The position numbers were made by a program, and so were the translations under genes. Shown here one piece after another: positions 46,217 through 55,842 of a DNA stretch of 55,842 nt (within the stretch, counting starts at the first letter, position 1; the number at the start of each line of letters is the position of its first letter). The notes under the pieces are model-generated. The model saw only the letters and a list, made by a program, of their open reading frames with translations. It was not told where the DNA came from and did not search any database. The stretch is from contig JBBCAX010000182.1 of the NCBI GenBank assembly GCA_051382335.1, forward strand, positions 1-55,842. Direction: 5' to 3'. The stretch is from Deltaproteobacteria bacterium TL4 (GTDB lineage: Bacteria > SAR324 > NAC60-12).

Positions 46217-47668
46217 TTAGTGGCCATTTTTTGTTCGGTTTGCGACAATTTGTACAAAAGAACGGGATCGCAGCTCCTCTAAGGTGATCCCTGCCGCCAA
46301 GACTTCTGCTTCCGTAATGGCACCACAGGCCATTCCTCTCAGAAAATAGTTCAATAGACCTTGTCCCGTCGCCGCGTCATCGAAGGTATTGCCGACCAGT
46401 GTTGCCTGTGCCGCACGTTTGAGAAAGGCCTTCAATCTGCGTGAGGCATCCTCCAGGCTTTTCAGAAAATAAAAATCAACGGCCGCATAACGAATGGGAA
46501 GCTGGGCAGGATTTAAATCCCATCCCTGGTAATAGGCCTGTCTCAAGGAGTGCATGATATTGTTGAAGTGCAGCTTCCATGCGGAGTGCACAACCGAGCG
46601 GTTTTCTTCAATTTGCTGATTGCTCAAACCGAGTCCTTCTTTGGCCGCTTTATGCGGTCCGATCGGCATAATGGTCGTCGCGCCATCCACAACATTAACG
46701 CCTGTTCCTGCCATGGTGACTTGTAAAACATGTCGCGCAAAATCTGACGCAGGGTGGGTGTGACTTTGATAGGCTGCGGTGATATTACAGGTTGCCGTGT
46801 AATCATAGGTTCCAAAAATAGTGGAAATACACCGTCCCTTGCTTGCTTCAACCAACAAAGGCACGGTATTTTCGCCTTTTTGATTGATGATGGCTTGAGT
46901 TGTTTCAATCATCAACTCTAACTTTAGCGCCCCTGGAGCAAAGTTCGTTTTATTTTCAATAGCTTCCAATAAGCGGACTAACGCCTTAACCTGTCCCGGG
47001 CAGGTTACTTTAGGCAACGTAATCACAAAATTCTCAGGAAGTTTCCCCCCAGCCAGTTCGGAAAGACGAGTCAAACACAAATCCAGGGTTCGGACGGCTC
47101 GTTGTCGACATTCTTCAGTAAAACTCTTGATTCGAATTCCAATGAAAGGCGGTAAAATTCCGGTTTCCATGCCCTTGGCCAGTTCTTCCGCGACTTGAAG
47201 AGCATGTTCATCTTCCTCAGCATCAGGACGATTTCCGTAACCATCCTCAAAATCAATCCGACTATCCTCAATGGGTTCTTTTTTGAGTTTTGCGGTGACT
47301 CGTTCGTAAATTGTATAAGCAAGCCACGCGTCGGCATTGACTCGACGCGCACGCGCGGGATCTTCGGCGATGGCGTCTCTCAACGCATTCAACTCGGACT
47401 CTGAATTGGACAAACTGTCTGCGCCTGGAAGTTCTACCACTTTTGCGAATGCCGCAAAATTGGGAGCAAAATCTTGTAAGGCTCTGAGTCCCAAACTTCC
47501 AAGTTTTTGCGCGGATTCGGATCTAAAAAGATGGGCTCCCCCATAAACGGTATGAACCGGTTGACGCGCGGAAGAGTCGCCTGGATACGATTGTTTGAAC
47601 TCTGCGTTGGCCGCCGCTAACTCATCAAAGATACTCTGAGTATCGTCTTTTGTAAGAGATAATTTCAT
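46217..47668 (-). CDS. HpcH/CitE-like aldolase/lyase superfamily protein
   Basis: RQPVHTVYGGAHLF, RIDFEDGYG, ELMIET, FGTYDYTA and YQGWDL motifs; AGGAG RBS. Confidence 0.75.
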   Translation of the reverse strand: MKLSLTKDDTQSIFDELAAANAEFKQSYPGDSSARQPVHTVYGGAHLFRSESAQKLGSLGLRALQDFAPNFAAFAKVVELPGADSLSNSESELNALRDAIAEDPARARRVNADAWLAYTIYERVTAKLKKEPIEDSRIDFEDGYGNRPDAEEDEHALQVAEELAKGMETGILPPFIGIRIKSFTEECRQRAVRTLDLCLTRLSELAGGKLPENFVITLPKVTCPGQVKALVRLLEAIENKTNFAPGALKLELMIETTQAIINQKGENTVPLLVEASKGRCISTIFGTYDYTATCNITAAYQSHTHPASDFARHVLQVTMAGTGVNVVDGATTIMPIGPHKAAKEGLGLSNQQIEENRSVVHSAWKLHFNNIMHSLRQAYYQGWDLNPAQLPIRYAAVDFYFLKSLEDASRRLKAFLKRAAQATLVGNTFDDAATGQGLLNYFLRGMACGAITEAEVLAAGITLEELRSRSFVQIVANRTKNGH

Positions 47669-47849
47669 CTCACTCTCCTGATAAATGGGAAAATAGGAAT
47701 TGTCTGCAAGAAAACTTCTATTCAACTAGAAGTTAAGCGTGATTTTCTAGCAGATATAAGATAAACTGCAAGACCTCGCGTGGACGGTGTTATTTTTTCT
47801 GAGATTTTTTAATAAAATCAGCGCTTCATGAATATCTTTTTAGAGCAGT

Positions 47850-48896
47850 ATGTCACTCAACATTAAAGACCTTACTTACGATGAATTACAGATGTGGATG
47901 CAGGAAAACAGAGAGCAAGCCTACCGGGCTGGTCAGGTTTTTTATTGGCTTTACCAAAAAAGAGTCACGACCTTTGAGCCGATGGCAACGCTTTCAAAGC
48001 GTTTACGAGAAAAACTGGAAAACGCTTTTTATATCAGCAAACTGAAACGTCATAACGTTTTACACTCTGTGGATGGCACGGCTAAATATGTTTTCGAACT
48101 TGAGGATGGAAATCGGATCGAAACCGTGCTGATGCCTCATCAGGATCATTACACGGTTTGTGTGTCCTCGCAAGTGGGGTGTCCTATGGGCTGTGCTTTC
48201 TGTATGACGGCAAAAATGGGCTTCATCCGGCATTTACGAACCTCTGAAATCATTGATCAGATTATTGAATTGTGGCATGATTTACCGGAAGGTGAAACAC
48301 TGAGAAATGTTGTATTCATGGGAATGGGAGAGCCCTTTCATAACTATAACAATGTGATCAGAGCGCTGATGATTATGATGCATGATCATGGGATGAATTT
48401 TTCTTCTCGAAGAGTCACCCTCTCCACTTCCGGGTTAATTCCCAAAATCAAAAAGTTCGCGACAGAAAGCGTTAAAGCCAATCTGGCGATTTCACTCAAT
48501 GGCGTTACCGATGAGATCCGATCTCAACTGATGCCGGTTAATAATGCTTATAATCTGGAAAAATTAATCGAAGTTTGCAAAGCCTACCCCCTGGAATCAC
48601 GAAAACGGATCACCTTTGAGTACATCCTCTTCAAGGGAATTACGGACTCCCTGGACCATGCCAAACAGTTGATTAAACTTCTTCACGGCGTAAAATTTAA
48701 AATCAATCTGATTCCCTACAACGAAACGCCAGACAGCCCTTTTAAAAAACCTGCTGAAGCACAAGTCCAACAGTTTCAGCAATATCTTCTGGATCATGGC
48801 GTCGTCGCTACCTTACGAATGTCTAAAGGTCAGGATATTCAGGGCGCCTGTGGGCAACTGATTACCGAAACGTCTCAGCTTGCCGTAACCTCCTGA
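47850..48896 (+). CDS. rlmN: 23S rRNA/tRNA m2A methyltransferase
   Basis: CVSSQVGCPMGCAFC, NVVFMGMGEP, INLIPYN and DIQGACGQL motifs. Confidence 0.96.
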   Translation: MSLNIKDLTYDELQMWMQENREQAYRAGQVFYWLYQKRVTTFEPMATLSKRLREKLENAFYISKLKRHNVLHSVDGTAKYVFELEDGNRIETVLMPHQDHYTVCVSSQVGCPMGCAFCMTAKMGFIRHLRTSEIIDQIIELWHDLPEGETLRNVVFMGMGEPFHNYNNVIRALMIMMHDHGMNFSSRRVTLSTSGLIPKIKKFATESVKANLAISLNGVTDEIRSQLMPVNNAYNLEKLIEVCKAYPLESRKRITFEYILFKGITDSLDHAKQLIKLLHGVKFKINLIPYNETPDSPFKKPAEAQVQQFQQYLLDHGVVATLRMSKGQDIQGACGQLITETSQLAVTS

Positions 48897-48990
48897 AATA
48901 AGCGTGGATTGGTTAGCCCCCGCCCGACTCTTCTACGGAAGACGCCTTTTTTCTTGTTGTCAATGATCTGCAGGACAACAGCCCCCTGAA

Positions 48991-49377
48991 TTAGAAAGAC
49001 TTGGGCGTAATCAAGTTGTACAGTGTTGGGAAGAGTAAGAAAAGGTTGAGCGAAACGAGGACAATACAGGCAATGCACATAAACACGATCATCAAAGACA
49101 AGATTTGTTTTGATCGGGGCGTGCGTGCTCGCTGAGCTAATTGCGCTTTGTCCTTTTTTCTACGATCATTTCCCATCAGGAAGACAAAGTAAATACTCGT
49201 GAGCGGAATAACGCCACGCAAATCAACCATATGAAACTTGGATTTATTCCAGAATGAATCAATGGCCTGTTCTATTTCGATACGTTGTTCTTTGGACATT
49301 GATTTGTAGACCTCAGGATCTACATTATTCAATATTCGTTCTGTAAGAGGGTGTATCGTCTTTTCTTCTTCAGCCAT
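48991..49377 (-). CDS. Hypothetical membrane protein
   Basis: H.VDLRG.IP...YFVFL.G.DRR motif and C-terminal TM; AAGGAG RBS. Confidence 0.7.
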   Translation of the reverse strand: MAEEEKTIHPLTERILNNVDPEVYKSMSKEQRIEIEQAIDSFWNKSKFHMVDLRGVIPLTSIYFVFLMGNDRRKKDKAQLAQRARTPRSKQILSLMIVFMCIACIVLVSLNLFLLFPTLYNLITPKSF

Positions 49378-49652
49378 AATGCTCCTTCATTTGAAAATCC
49401 AAGTAAATAACTGATGCGAAAATAACATCAAGTAGAATTAAAGATTATCGCTTTCTATTTGACACATCGAAGATCTTTTGTCGAGAAGGAAAAACATTTC
49501 AAGCAAAAAGAAATTGCTTGTGTCACCAAACAACCTATGGAAGAATGCGGCACGACCTCCTGTCTGGGTTCAGAATGATTCTTTTTTCAACCGGATGGAT
49601 GTTTTTCCTTCAGAAATTAAAACAAAACGCACCAAAACAGGTATCGAAGGTA

Positions 49653-50438
49653 ATGATGATGACACTTAGGAATTTGCTCGCGGGGTTGCTTCTGAACTGC
49701 ATGTTTTTCATAACAAGTTCACCTGTGTATGGTCAAGGAAAAGCCGCAATCATGGGAGCTGACTTATGGTGTCCTTATGCCTGTGAAGGCGGCAAAAACT
49801 TTAACGGATTTTCTGTTGAAGTGACCCAGGAAGCGTTACGATTGAAGGGATGGAAGACCGAGTATATCAATGCTTCCTTTGACAGGGTTACGTTGCAAGT
49901 CGAGACGGGGCATTGGCAGATCGCAATAGCAACGGACTCTGTCTTTACGCCTTCCCTCCTGATAACAAAGGAACCGGTCGCTTATACAAAATGGGTTTTC
50001 GTTGTTAGAAAAGACGAGAATTGGAAATTTGAAGGAGTTGCCTCCTTGCGGAAAAAGATATTGGGTGGCGTCAAAGGTTATGTCTATTCACCGGCAGTGA
50101 TGGACTATCTAGAGCAGCATAAAAACAGCGATCGGATTTTTCTCATTGCTTCTGTCACCCCGCAAAAGCAAGGGTTATCCATGCTTGTGGAAAATCGAAT
50201 TGATGTTTATTTGGAAGACGAAATCGTGATCCGGTATTGGGCAAAACAGTTGAAAATTTTGGATAAAATTGAAGTTGTCGGTATTGATTCGGAAATCCCT
50301 TTGTATAACGGATTAAAAACGCATGATGAAAACGCGGCACAGCTTGCGGAACTCATCGATAGCGGAATCAGGGAATTAAAAAACACGGAGACCCTGAAGC
50401 GTCTCTTAACCAAATACGATATTTCCATTTGGAAATGA
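49653..50438 (+). CDS. Periplasmic substrate-binding protein (family 3-like)
   Basis: Signal peptide; D.WCPY, GFSVE, GYVYS and RIDVY motifs. Confidence 0.85.
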   Translation: MMMTLRNLLAGLLLNCMFFITSSPVYGQGKAAIMGADLWCPYACEGGKNFNGFSVEVTQEALRLKGWKTEYINASFDRVTLQVETGHWQIAIATDSVFTPSLLITKEPVAYTKWVFVVRKDENWKFEGVASLRKKILGGVKGYVYSPAVMDYLEQHKNSDRIFLIASVTPQKQGLSMLVENRIDVYLEDEIVIRYWAKQLKILDKIEVVGIDSEIPLYNGLKTHDENAAQLAELIDSGIRELKNTETLKRLLTKYDISIWK

Positions 50439-50528
50439 ATCCCCTTTGAACGGGCGTGTTTAGCGGATCTCGTCTCTGCCTACTGTGCCAAAATCGTGGG
50501 AGATGGCATCCAATGAAAGGATACCTAA

Positions 50529-52397
50529 ATGTTGCCGCAATTGAGTAGAGAATATTCGCGCACGCATCGGTTAAGCTTTCGTGTTTTATTTTACATTTTG
50601 CTGTGTAGCACCATTTTCACAGTAATCGGCACCGCGTTTCAGTTGTATACCGAGTATCAAAGGGATCTGGAAAAAATTAATGAAGGCCTCAACCTGGTCA
50701 AGGATGGTTATTTAAAACCGCTTACTTTGAGTGTCTGGACTATTGATGAACGCCAGCTTGCCACTCAGTTGGAAGGACTGTTGTTGATGCCCGACATTCG
50801 CAATGTCCAGGTTTTTAATCCCGCCCGCCAATTACTGGCCTCAGCCGGAAGCTCCCTCGGAAACAGAGTTGACGTCCACGAATTTCCTCTCATTTATAGG
50901 GATCAGATGATTGGCACTCTGCATGTCACCGCGGATCTTAATCAAGTCTATGCTCGAATGCAGAACCGAATCCTGCTCATTTTATCGACTCAGATCATCA
51001 AAACCTTCTTGTGGTCCTTTTTGGTGTTATTCATCTTTCACCAATTAATCATGAGACACATCCATACGATGACCACCTACCTCCAAAAGTTTGATGTCGG
51101 TCATATGGAACGGCCCCTAACGCTGGAACGGAAACAAACAGCTTCATCCGAGTCAGACGAGTTGGATCAGGTGGTAAATGCTTTGAATCAGATGCGTAGT
51201 AATCTAATCGCGTATATTGACGAACGCAAAAGAGCGGAGGAAGAGCGATTTAAGTTGGAGGTACGGCTCCAACAATCGCAAAAAATAGAAGCCGTCGGCA
51301 CACTGGCTGGTGGAATAGCTCATGATCTTAACAACATCCTCTTTGGAATGATGGGGTATACCGAACTGGTACGACAACGACTCCCTCCGGGGAGCGAGCT
51401 GAAGGGCGAACTGGATCAGGTTCTGATCGGAGGAAATCGGGCTAAAGAACTCATTCGGCAGATTTTGACCTTCAGTCGACGGACTGAGGTAAACCGGACT
51501 CCCTTGGAAATTGTCCCCCTTATCAAAGAATCTCTCAAATTTATGCGAGCTTCCTTACCCACTACGATTAGAATTGATCAGCATATTGAGGTAAGTCGCA
51601 GCACTATTCTCGGGGATCCCGCTCAATTTCATCAAATCCTCGTCAATCTTTGTACCAATGCCGGCTATGCCATGAAACAAACAGGAGGGGTATTGGACGT
51701 CAGTTTGCGGGAGGTTGAGGTCAAGCCCGAATTGGCAGAACTTTACGAATTGAACGAGGGCCTGTATTTGAAATTGTCTGTTCGTGATACAGGGCATGGA
51801 ATGTCCGCTAAAGTTAAGGAACGGATTTTTGAGCCCTTTTACACCACAAAACCCCAGGGCGAAGGCACAGGCTTGGGGCTTTCTGTAGTTCATGGTATCG
51901 TCAAAAGCCTCCAGGGAACGATCACCGTTTCCAGTGAAGAAGGGAAAGGAAGTCTGTTTGAGCTTTTTTTTCCCTGTATGACAGTAACAATTGCGCCTGT
52001 GGCTGAGAAAATCCAGCACACTCCCAGAGGCAAAGAACACATTTTATTGGTAGAAGATGAGGAACTACTGATCAAAATGATTACGAAAATGTTAGAAAAA
52101 CTGGGTTACCGCGTGACAGCCGTAATGAATAGTACTGCGGCCTTAGACGTTTTTCTCTCGACTCCTGAACAATTTGCGCTGATCCTCACCGATCAGACCA
52201 TGCCTGTGATGACAGGAGCCGAACTGGGGGAAAAAATCATCAAGCTCCATCCTCAAACGCCGCTCATCCTGATGACAGGTTACGCTAAACTGATCGCTGA
52301 AGAAAAAGCCAAGGAAATTGGTTTTCGCCAGTATCTGGTGAAACCTTTTGATCAGTATGAATTGGCGAATGCTATTCGGGAAGTCCTGGATGGTTAG
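50529..52397 (+). CDS. Membrane hybrid sensor histidine kinase (HAMP-HisKA-HATPase-REC)
   Basis: LAGGIAHDLNN, NLCTNA, DTGHGM, GTGLGLS, LLVEDE and TDQTMP motifs. Confidence 0.93.
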   Translation: MLPQLSREYSRTHRLSFRVLFYILLCSTIFTVIGTAFQLYTEYQRDLEKINEGLNLVKDGYLKPLTLSVWTIDERQLATQLEGLLLMPDIRNVQVFNPARQLLASAGSSLGNRVDVHEFPLIYRDQMIGTLHVTADLNQVYARMQNRILLILSTQIIKTFLWSFLVLFIFHQLIMRHIHTMTTYLQKFDVGHMERPLTLERKQTASSESDELDQVVNALNQMRSNLIAYIDERKRAEEERFKLEVRLQQSQKIEAVGTLAGGIAHDLNNILFGMMGYTELVRQRLPPGSELKGELDQVLIGGNRAKELIRQILTFSRRTEVNRTPLEIVPLIKESLKFMRASLPTTIRIDQHIEVSRSTILGDPAQFHQILVNLCTNAGYAMKQTGGVLDVSLREVEVKPELAELYELNEGLYLKLSVRDTGHGMSAKVKERIFEPFYTTKPQGEGTGLGLSVVHGIVKSLQGTITVSSEEGKGSLFELFFPCMTVTIAPVAEKIQHTPRGKEHILLVEDEELLIKMITKMLEKLGYRVTAVMNSTAALDVFLSTPEQFALILTDQTMPVMTGAELGEKIIKLHPQTPLILMTGYAKLIAEEKAKEIGFRQYLVKPFDQYELANAIREVLDG

Positions 52398-52467
52398 ACG
52401 GAGTGCGGATTGCGCCTTCCTGGCTTTGGGAGGAGCAACAACTTAAAGCAAAGGAAGAAGGAGACTT

Positions 52468-52824
52468 ATGAGCAAGCAACATCGACCTGGCCTTCAGAAA
52501 GGTTACTTGGTGACCAGAACATTAAAACTGGAAGGTTTGACCTCGCAAAATAAGGAGGTCGTTTTTCAGCAACTGGACCAGCTAGGGGGCATCGATGAGG
52601 TGTCCATTGTGGAGGAGAAAAAGCTCTTAAGAGTGGCCTACGATGGTTCGAAACTTGGGATAGACGATATTGAAAAAATCCTCATCGCTCATGGTTGTGG
52701 CTTTGCCGTGGACTGGTGGAACCGGTTGAAGTTGGGAGGATATCGTTTTACCGACCAAAATATCAGAGATAACGCGGCGCATGTGCCGCAGTGTTGCAGT
52801 GAACCCCCGAAACAGGAAAAATGA
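52468..52824 (+). CDS. HMA-like (ferredoxin-fold) domain protein lacking CxxC
   Basis: LKLEGL...L..LGGIDEV...LRVAYD pattern; C-terminal CC. Confidence 0.7.
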   Translation: MSKQHRPGLQKGYLVTRTLKLEGLTSQNKEVVFQQLDQLGGIDEVSIVEEKKLLRVAYDGSKLGIDDIEKILIAHGCGFAVDWWNRLKLGGYRFTDQNIRDNAAHVPQCCSEPPKQEK

Positions 52825-53243
52825 TGAACAGGAAAATCATTATCAGCGGTGTGTTGGTTTTTTTATTATTAGCGCTCGTGTCGTGCTTGTCCGTTGAGGC
52901 CGAGACTCCAGGGCTGCTCAAAAATATATCTCCGCAGGAATCCTTGGCGCTGATTCAAAAAAACGATAAAAATCCGGATTTTGTCCTTCTTGATGTGAGA
53001 ACGCCGGAAGAATTTTCGCAAGGTCACCTTCGGGGAGCCGTTCTGCTAAATTTCAAGGCACCCACCTTCTCAGAAGCTTTGGGACAATTGGATAAGCATA
53101 AAACCTATCTCCTTTATTGTCATAGTGGAAGACGTAGTGGCGAAACCTTGACGATCATGGGGAAACTGGGATTTCAACAGGTCTCCAATATGTCCGGAGG
53201 AATTGTTGGGTGGAACGAAAACCATTTACCGGTCGAAAAATAA
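52821..53243 (+). CDS. Exported rhodanese-like protein
   Basis: LLDVRTPEEF..GHL, YCHSGRRS and MSGGI..W motifs. Confidence 0.9.
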   Translation: MMNRKIIISGVLVFLLLALVSCLSVEAETPGLLKNISPQESLALIQKNDKNPDFVLLDVRTPEEFSQGHLRGAVLLNFKAPTFSEALGQLDKHKTYLLYCHSGRRSGETLTIMGKLGFQQVSNMSGGIVGWNENHLPVEK

Positions 53244-53277
53244 ACATCGTCCTTTTGAGGAGGACTCAGCTTGATTC

Positions 53278-53646
53278 ATGAGGGAAATACATAGGATGCA
53301 TGGGATGCACTTTAAATTTTTTTGGATTATCCTGTTGGTGTGTTTCGGGGTTATTCTGCTGCGAAAATTTTTAAATCGGCAATTGAAATTGAGTTCCCCA
53401 AAGGAATCCTCTTTTCCAGAGGAGGACACTCCGACGTCTTTCAAGAATAAAGCCTCAGGAAAAATTCCTGAAGAGCTTAAGCAAGCAGGACTGCGGGTGT
53501 TAGATAGCCTGGATTGGGACATTCGATTTTTGGAAAAACAACGCTTAGAGGCGACAGACCCCAAAAAACGACAGGAGCTCGACGCTCAATTGAACCGAAA
53601 AAGAGAGGAATATCACGCCACGGCAGAGCGTTTAGATCTCTTGTGA
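53278..53646 (+). CDS. Hypothetical protein (TM + coiled coil); start uncertain
   Basis: N-terminal hydrophobic segment followed by charged helices. Confidence 0.6.
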   Translation: MREIHRMHGMHFKFFWIILLVCFGVILLRKFLNRQLKLSSPKESSFPEEDTPTSFKNKASGKIPEELKQAGLRVLDSLDWDIRFLEKQRLEATDPKKRQELDAQLNRKREEYHATAERLDLL

Positions 53647-53811
53647 ATCGGGGAACCTCCTTTATTTTGTGATCTGCCCATTAGATCTTTGCGGTTCATA
53701 GGCCACATCGGCTTAAGCTGAAGACCCTTCGCTCAATAACCTTTTGCTTTGGGGAATGGGAGTCAGGGGGCAGGGAATAAAGAAACGGTAGCGCGGGATT
53801 ACATGCCCGCG

Positions 53812-54039
53812 AATATCTTGCCCATACTCTCCGATATCATCATAAAACTCCTCTCCAAAAACGCGGAGGATCGTTACCAAAGGACCTTCGGTCTCAAACA
53901 CGATCTGCAAAAATGCCTCGATTTTCTCGTAGGTTGGAGTGAGCAAAGCGAAACCCAACAATCCCCATTCCCTTTGTCTTTGGATTTGCAACAGGCGTTT
54001 CCAGAGACCAAAGGATTTTCGGTGAGAAATCTAAAATGA
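53812..54039 (+). pseudogene. Chimeric remnant: Ser/Thr-kinase/AAA sensor fragment joined to a DUF1016 (YhcG) fragment
   Basis: ILSDIIIKLLSKNAEDRYQ..GLKHDLQKCL..FPL followed by DLQQAFPETKGFSVRNLK*. Confidence 0.6.
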
Positions 54040-54125
54040 AACCCAACCTATACTTTTCACAGCCAGACTGGAAAAATTTCTTTTGAAGTCAGACTGGTTA
54101 TCACTAAATTTAAGGAGAAAACCCT

Positions 54126-55703
54126 ATGAAATTTTTTAATACCGCGGGACCCGTCAATCCTGAAAAACACTATTGTCTGAAGCCTTTGGAGCGAATCAAT
54201 CTGGATGAAATTCTGACGCTGATTGATAACGAAAAATACTTCATCCTTCATGCCCCACGGCAGACTGGCAAAACCTCCTGTCTGTTGGCGCTTATGAACC
54301 ATCTCAATGAGGGTGAAACGTATCGTTGCGCTTATGTCAATGTGGAATCCGCGCAGACAGCCCGTGAGAATGTAGCTAGTGGCATCCAGGCGATTTTAAG
54401 TGCGACAGCCTATGGAGCGGAATTGTATTTGAAAGAATCATTTCTGAATAACAACTGGAAATCGATTCTGGAGAAAAGTGGAGCGCATGACGCTCTCCGG
54501 GAAGCGCTTGCTCAATGGACAAGAATCGATTCCCGTCCATTGATTCTGATGATTGATGAAATCGACGCACTGGTAGGCGACACGCTAATCTCGGTTCTGC
54601 GTCAATTGCGTGCTGGTTACACCGCTCGACCGGATGATTTCCCTCAAAGCGTCATTTTGTGCGGAGTCCGGGATATTCGGGATTACCGGATTCACACCGC
54701 GGGTAAGGAAATCATCACCGGAGGCAGCGCCTTCAACATCAAGGCGGAATCGCTGAGACTCGGCAATTTCACCAAACCAGACGTGATGACCCTGTATTTA
54801 AAACATACCGAGGAAACTGGCCAGGAATTTACCCCGGATGTCTTTGAATTGGCCTGGGAACTGACGGAAGGACAACCTTGGCTGGTGAATGCCTTGGCCT
54901 ATGAAGTGAGTTACAAAATGAAAGAAAATCGCGATCGCTCCCGAAAAATCACCGCGGAAATGATTGAAACCGCTAAGGAAAATCTCATTCAGCGCAGAGA
55001 AACTCACTTGGATCAACTAACCGACAAACTGAGAGAAGAACGGGTACGCCGAGTGATCGAACCTATTTTGTCAGGGAACTCATTGCCGGTGGATATATGG
55101 GACGACGACGCTCAATATGTTGAAGACCTGGGACTCATTTATCGGCGTCCCCAATGGCAAATCACCAATCCCATTTATCGGGAGATTATTCCTAGAATAT
55201 TGGTAAACACCACTCAGGAAACCATCACTCAGGAAAAGTCCTGGTATGTGTCACCCGCTTCAGGACGATTGGATATGAACAAACTCCTGTTGGCCTTTCA
55301 GGAATTCTTCCGTGAAAATTCGGAACACTGGCTCCAGCAGTTTCAATACAGGGAAGCCGGGCCACAGCTTCTGCTTCAGGCGTTTTTACAGAGAATCGTC
55401 AATGGCGGAGGACGAGTGGAACGAGAGTATGCATTGGGAAGTCGCCGCACCGATCTGCTGGTCAAATGGAACCATCCTCAAGGAGTCCAAAAAATTGTGA
55501 TTGAGTTAAAAATACTCTACCATTCGCTGGAAGCGACCCTTGAGGAAGGAACCCGTCAAACTGCTGATTACATGGATTTGTGCGCTACCCAAGAAGGCTA
55601 CCTGCTGATCTTTGATCGAACCTCCAGCAAAAGCTGGGACGAAAAAATTTTCCATCGGGAAATCACCCACGAACATAAAACCCTTCAACTCTTAGGAATG
55701 TAA
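54126..55703 (+). CDS. AAA ATPase with C-terminal PD-(D/E)XK nuclease-like domain
   Basis: FFNTAGP, HAPRQTGKT Walker A, LMIDEID Walker B, REY..G..RTDL..VIELK. Confidence 0.88.
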   Translation: MKFFNTAGPVNPEKHYCLKPLERINLDEILTLIDNEKYFILHAPRQTGKTSCLLALMNHLNEGETYRCAYVNVESAQTARENVASGIQAILSATAYGAELYLKESFLNNNWKSILEKSGAHDALREALAQWTRIDSRPLILMIDEIDALVGDTLISVLRQLRAGYTARPDDFPQSVILCGVRDIRDYRIHTAGKEIITGGSAFNIKAESLRLGNFTKPDVMTLYLKHTEETGQEFTPDVFELAWELTEGQPWLVNALAYEVSYKMKENRDRSRKITAEMIETAKENLIQRRETHLDQLTDKLREERVRRVIEPILSGNSLPVDIWDDDAQYVEDLGLIYRRPQWQITNPIYREIIPRILVNTTQETITQEKSWYVSPASGRLDMNKLLLAFQEFFRENSEHWLQQFQYREAGPQLLLQAFLQRIVNGGGRVEREYALGSRRTDLLVKWNHPQGVQKIVIELKILYHSLEATLEEGTRQTADYMDLCATQEGYLLIFDRTSSKSWDEKIFHREITHEHKTLQLLGM

Positions 55704-55739
55704 TGCCAATCAACGGCTATCAACTCAAGGAGAAACATT

Positions 55740-55842
55740 ATGAAAGTTAAATCATCGATAGGATTATCTGATTTTAAAAAACTCATTCAAGGACACTATT
55801 ATTATGTGGATAAAAGCCTTTTGATTCAAGAACTCCTGGAAA
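55740..55842 (+). CDS. AAA-ATPase-like protein, N-terminus; runs off window end
   Basis: MKVKSSIGLSDFKKLIQGHYYYVDKSLLIQELLE; AAGGAG RBS. Confidence 0.8.
   Translation, partial: MKVKSSIGLSDFKKLIQGHYYYVDKSLLIQELLE

Noticed and set aside
2272..55688. Numerous short ORFs overlapping long genes in other frames or strands
   Set aside because: Shadow ORFs of well-supported genes with no independent motifs.
1..55842. CRISPR array or cas genes
   Set aside because: No regularly spaced direct repeats or cas motifs seen.

Overview
A gene-dense chromosomal window from a flagellated Gram-negative bacterium (deltaproteobacteria-like, possibly SAR324; the taxonomy is inference only). Housekeeping genes include alaS, fmt, rlmN, dinB, thrH, trmH, a lolC/E-family gene and tRNA-Leu(TAG). 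There are many envelope or secreted repeat proteins (FG-GAP, SBBP, Sel1-pentapeptide, FecR, Omp85) and several decayed defence or mobile fragments. Four things stand out. (1) A radical SAM gene whose apparent stop is a selenocysteine UGA (tail YC-U-AEP, followed by a SECIS-like hairpin). It is paired with an ATP-grasp gene and has lost its N-terminus to an IS insertion. (2) Two flagellin genes whose only recognisable sigma-28 promoters lie about 1.5 kb and 0.83 kb upstream, implying very long, hairpin-dense leaders. The first leader has a long-range end-to-end helix and the second has a CsrA-type site. (3) A nested set of MITEs and REPs, one sharing ends with the window-start DUF6399-like transposase element and showing an 8-bp target duplication. 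(4) A KamA-family aminomutase plus TPR pair directly after the flagellins. All family assignments come from motif recognition by eye, not database searches.
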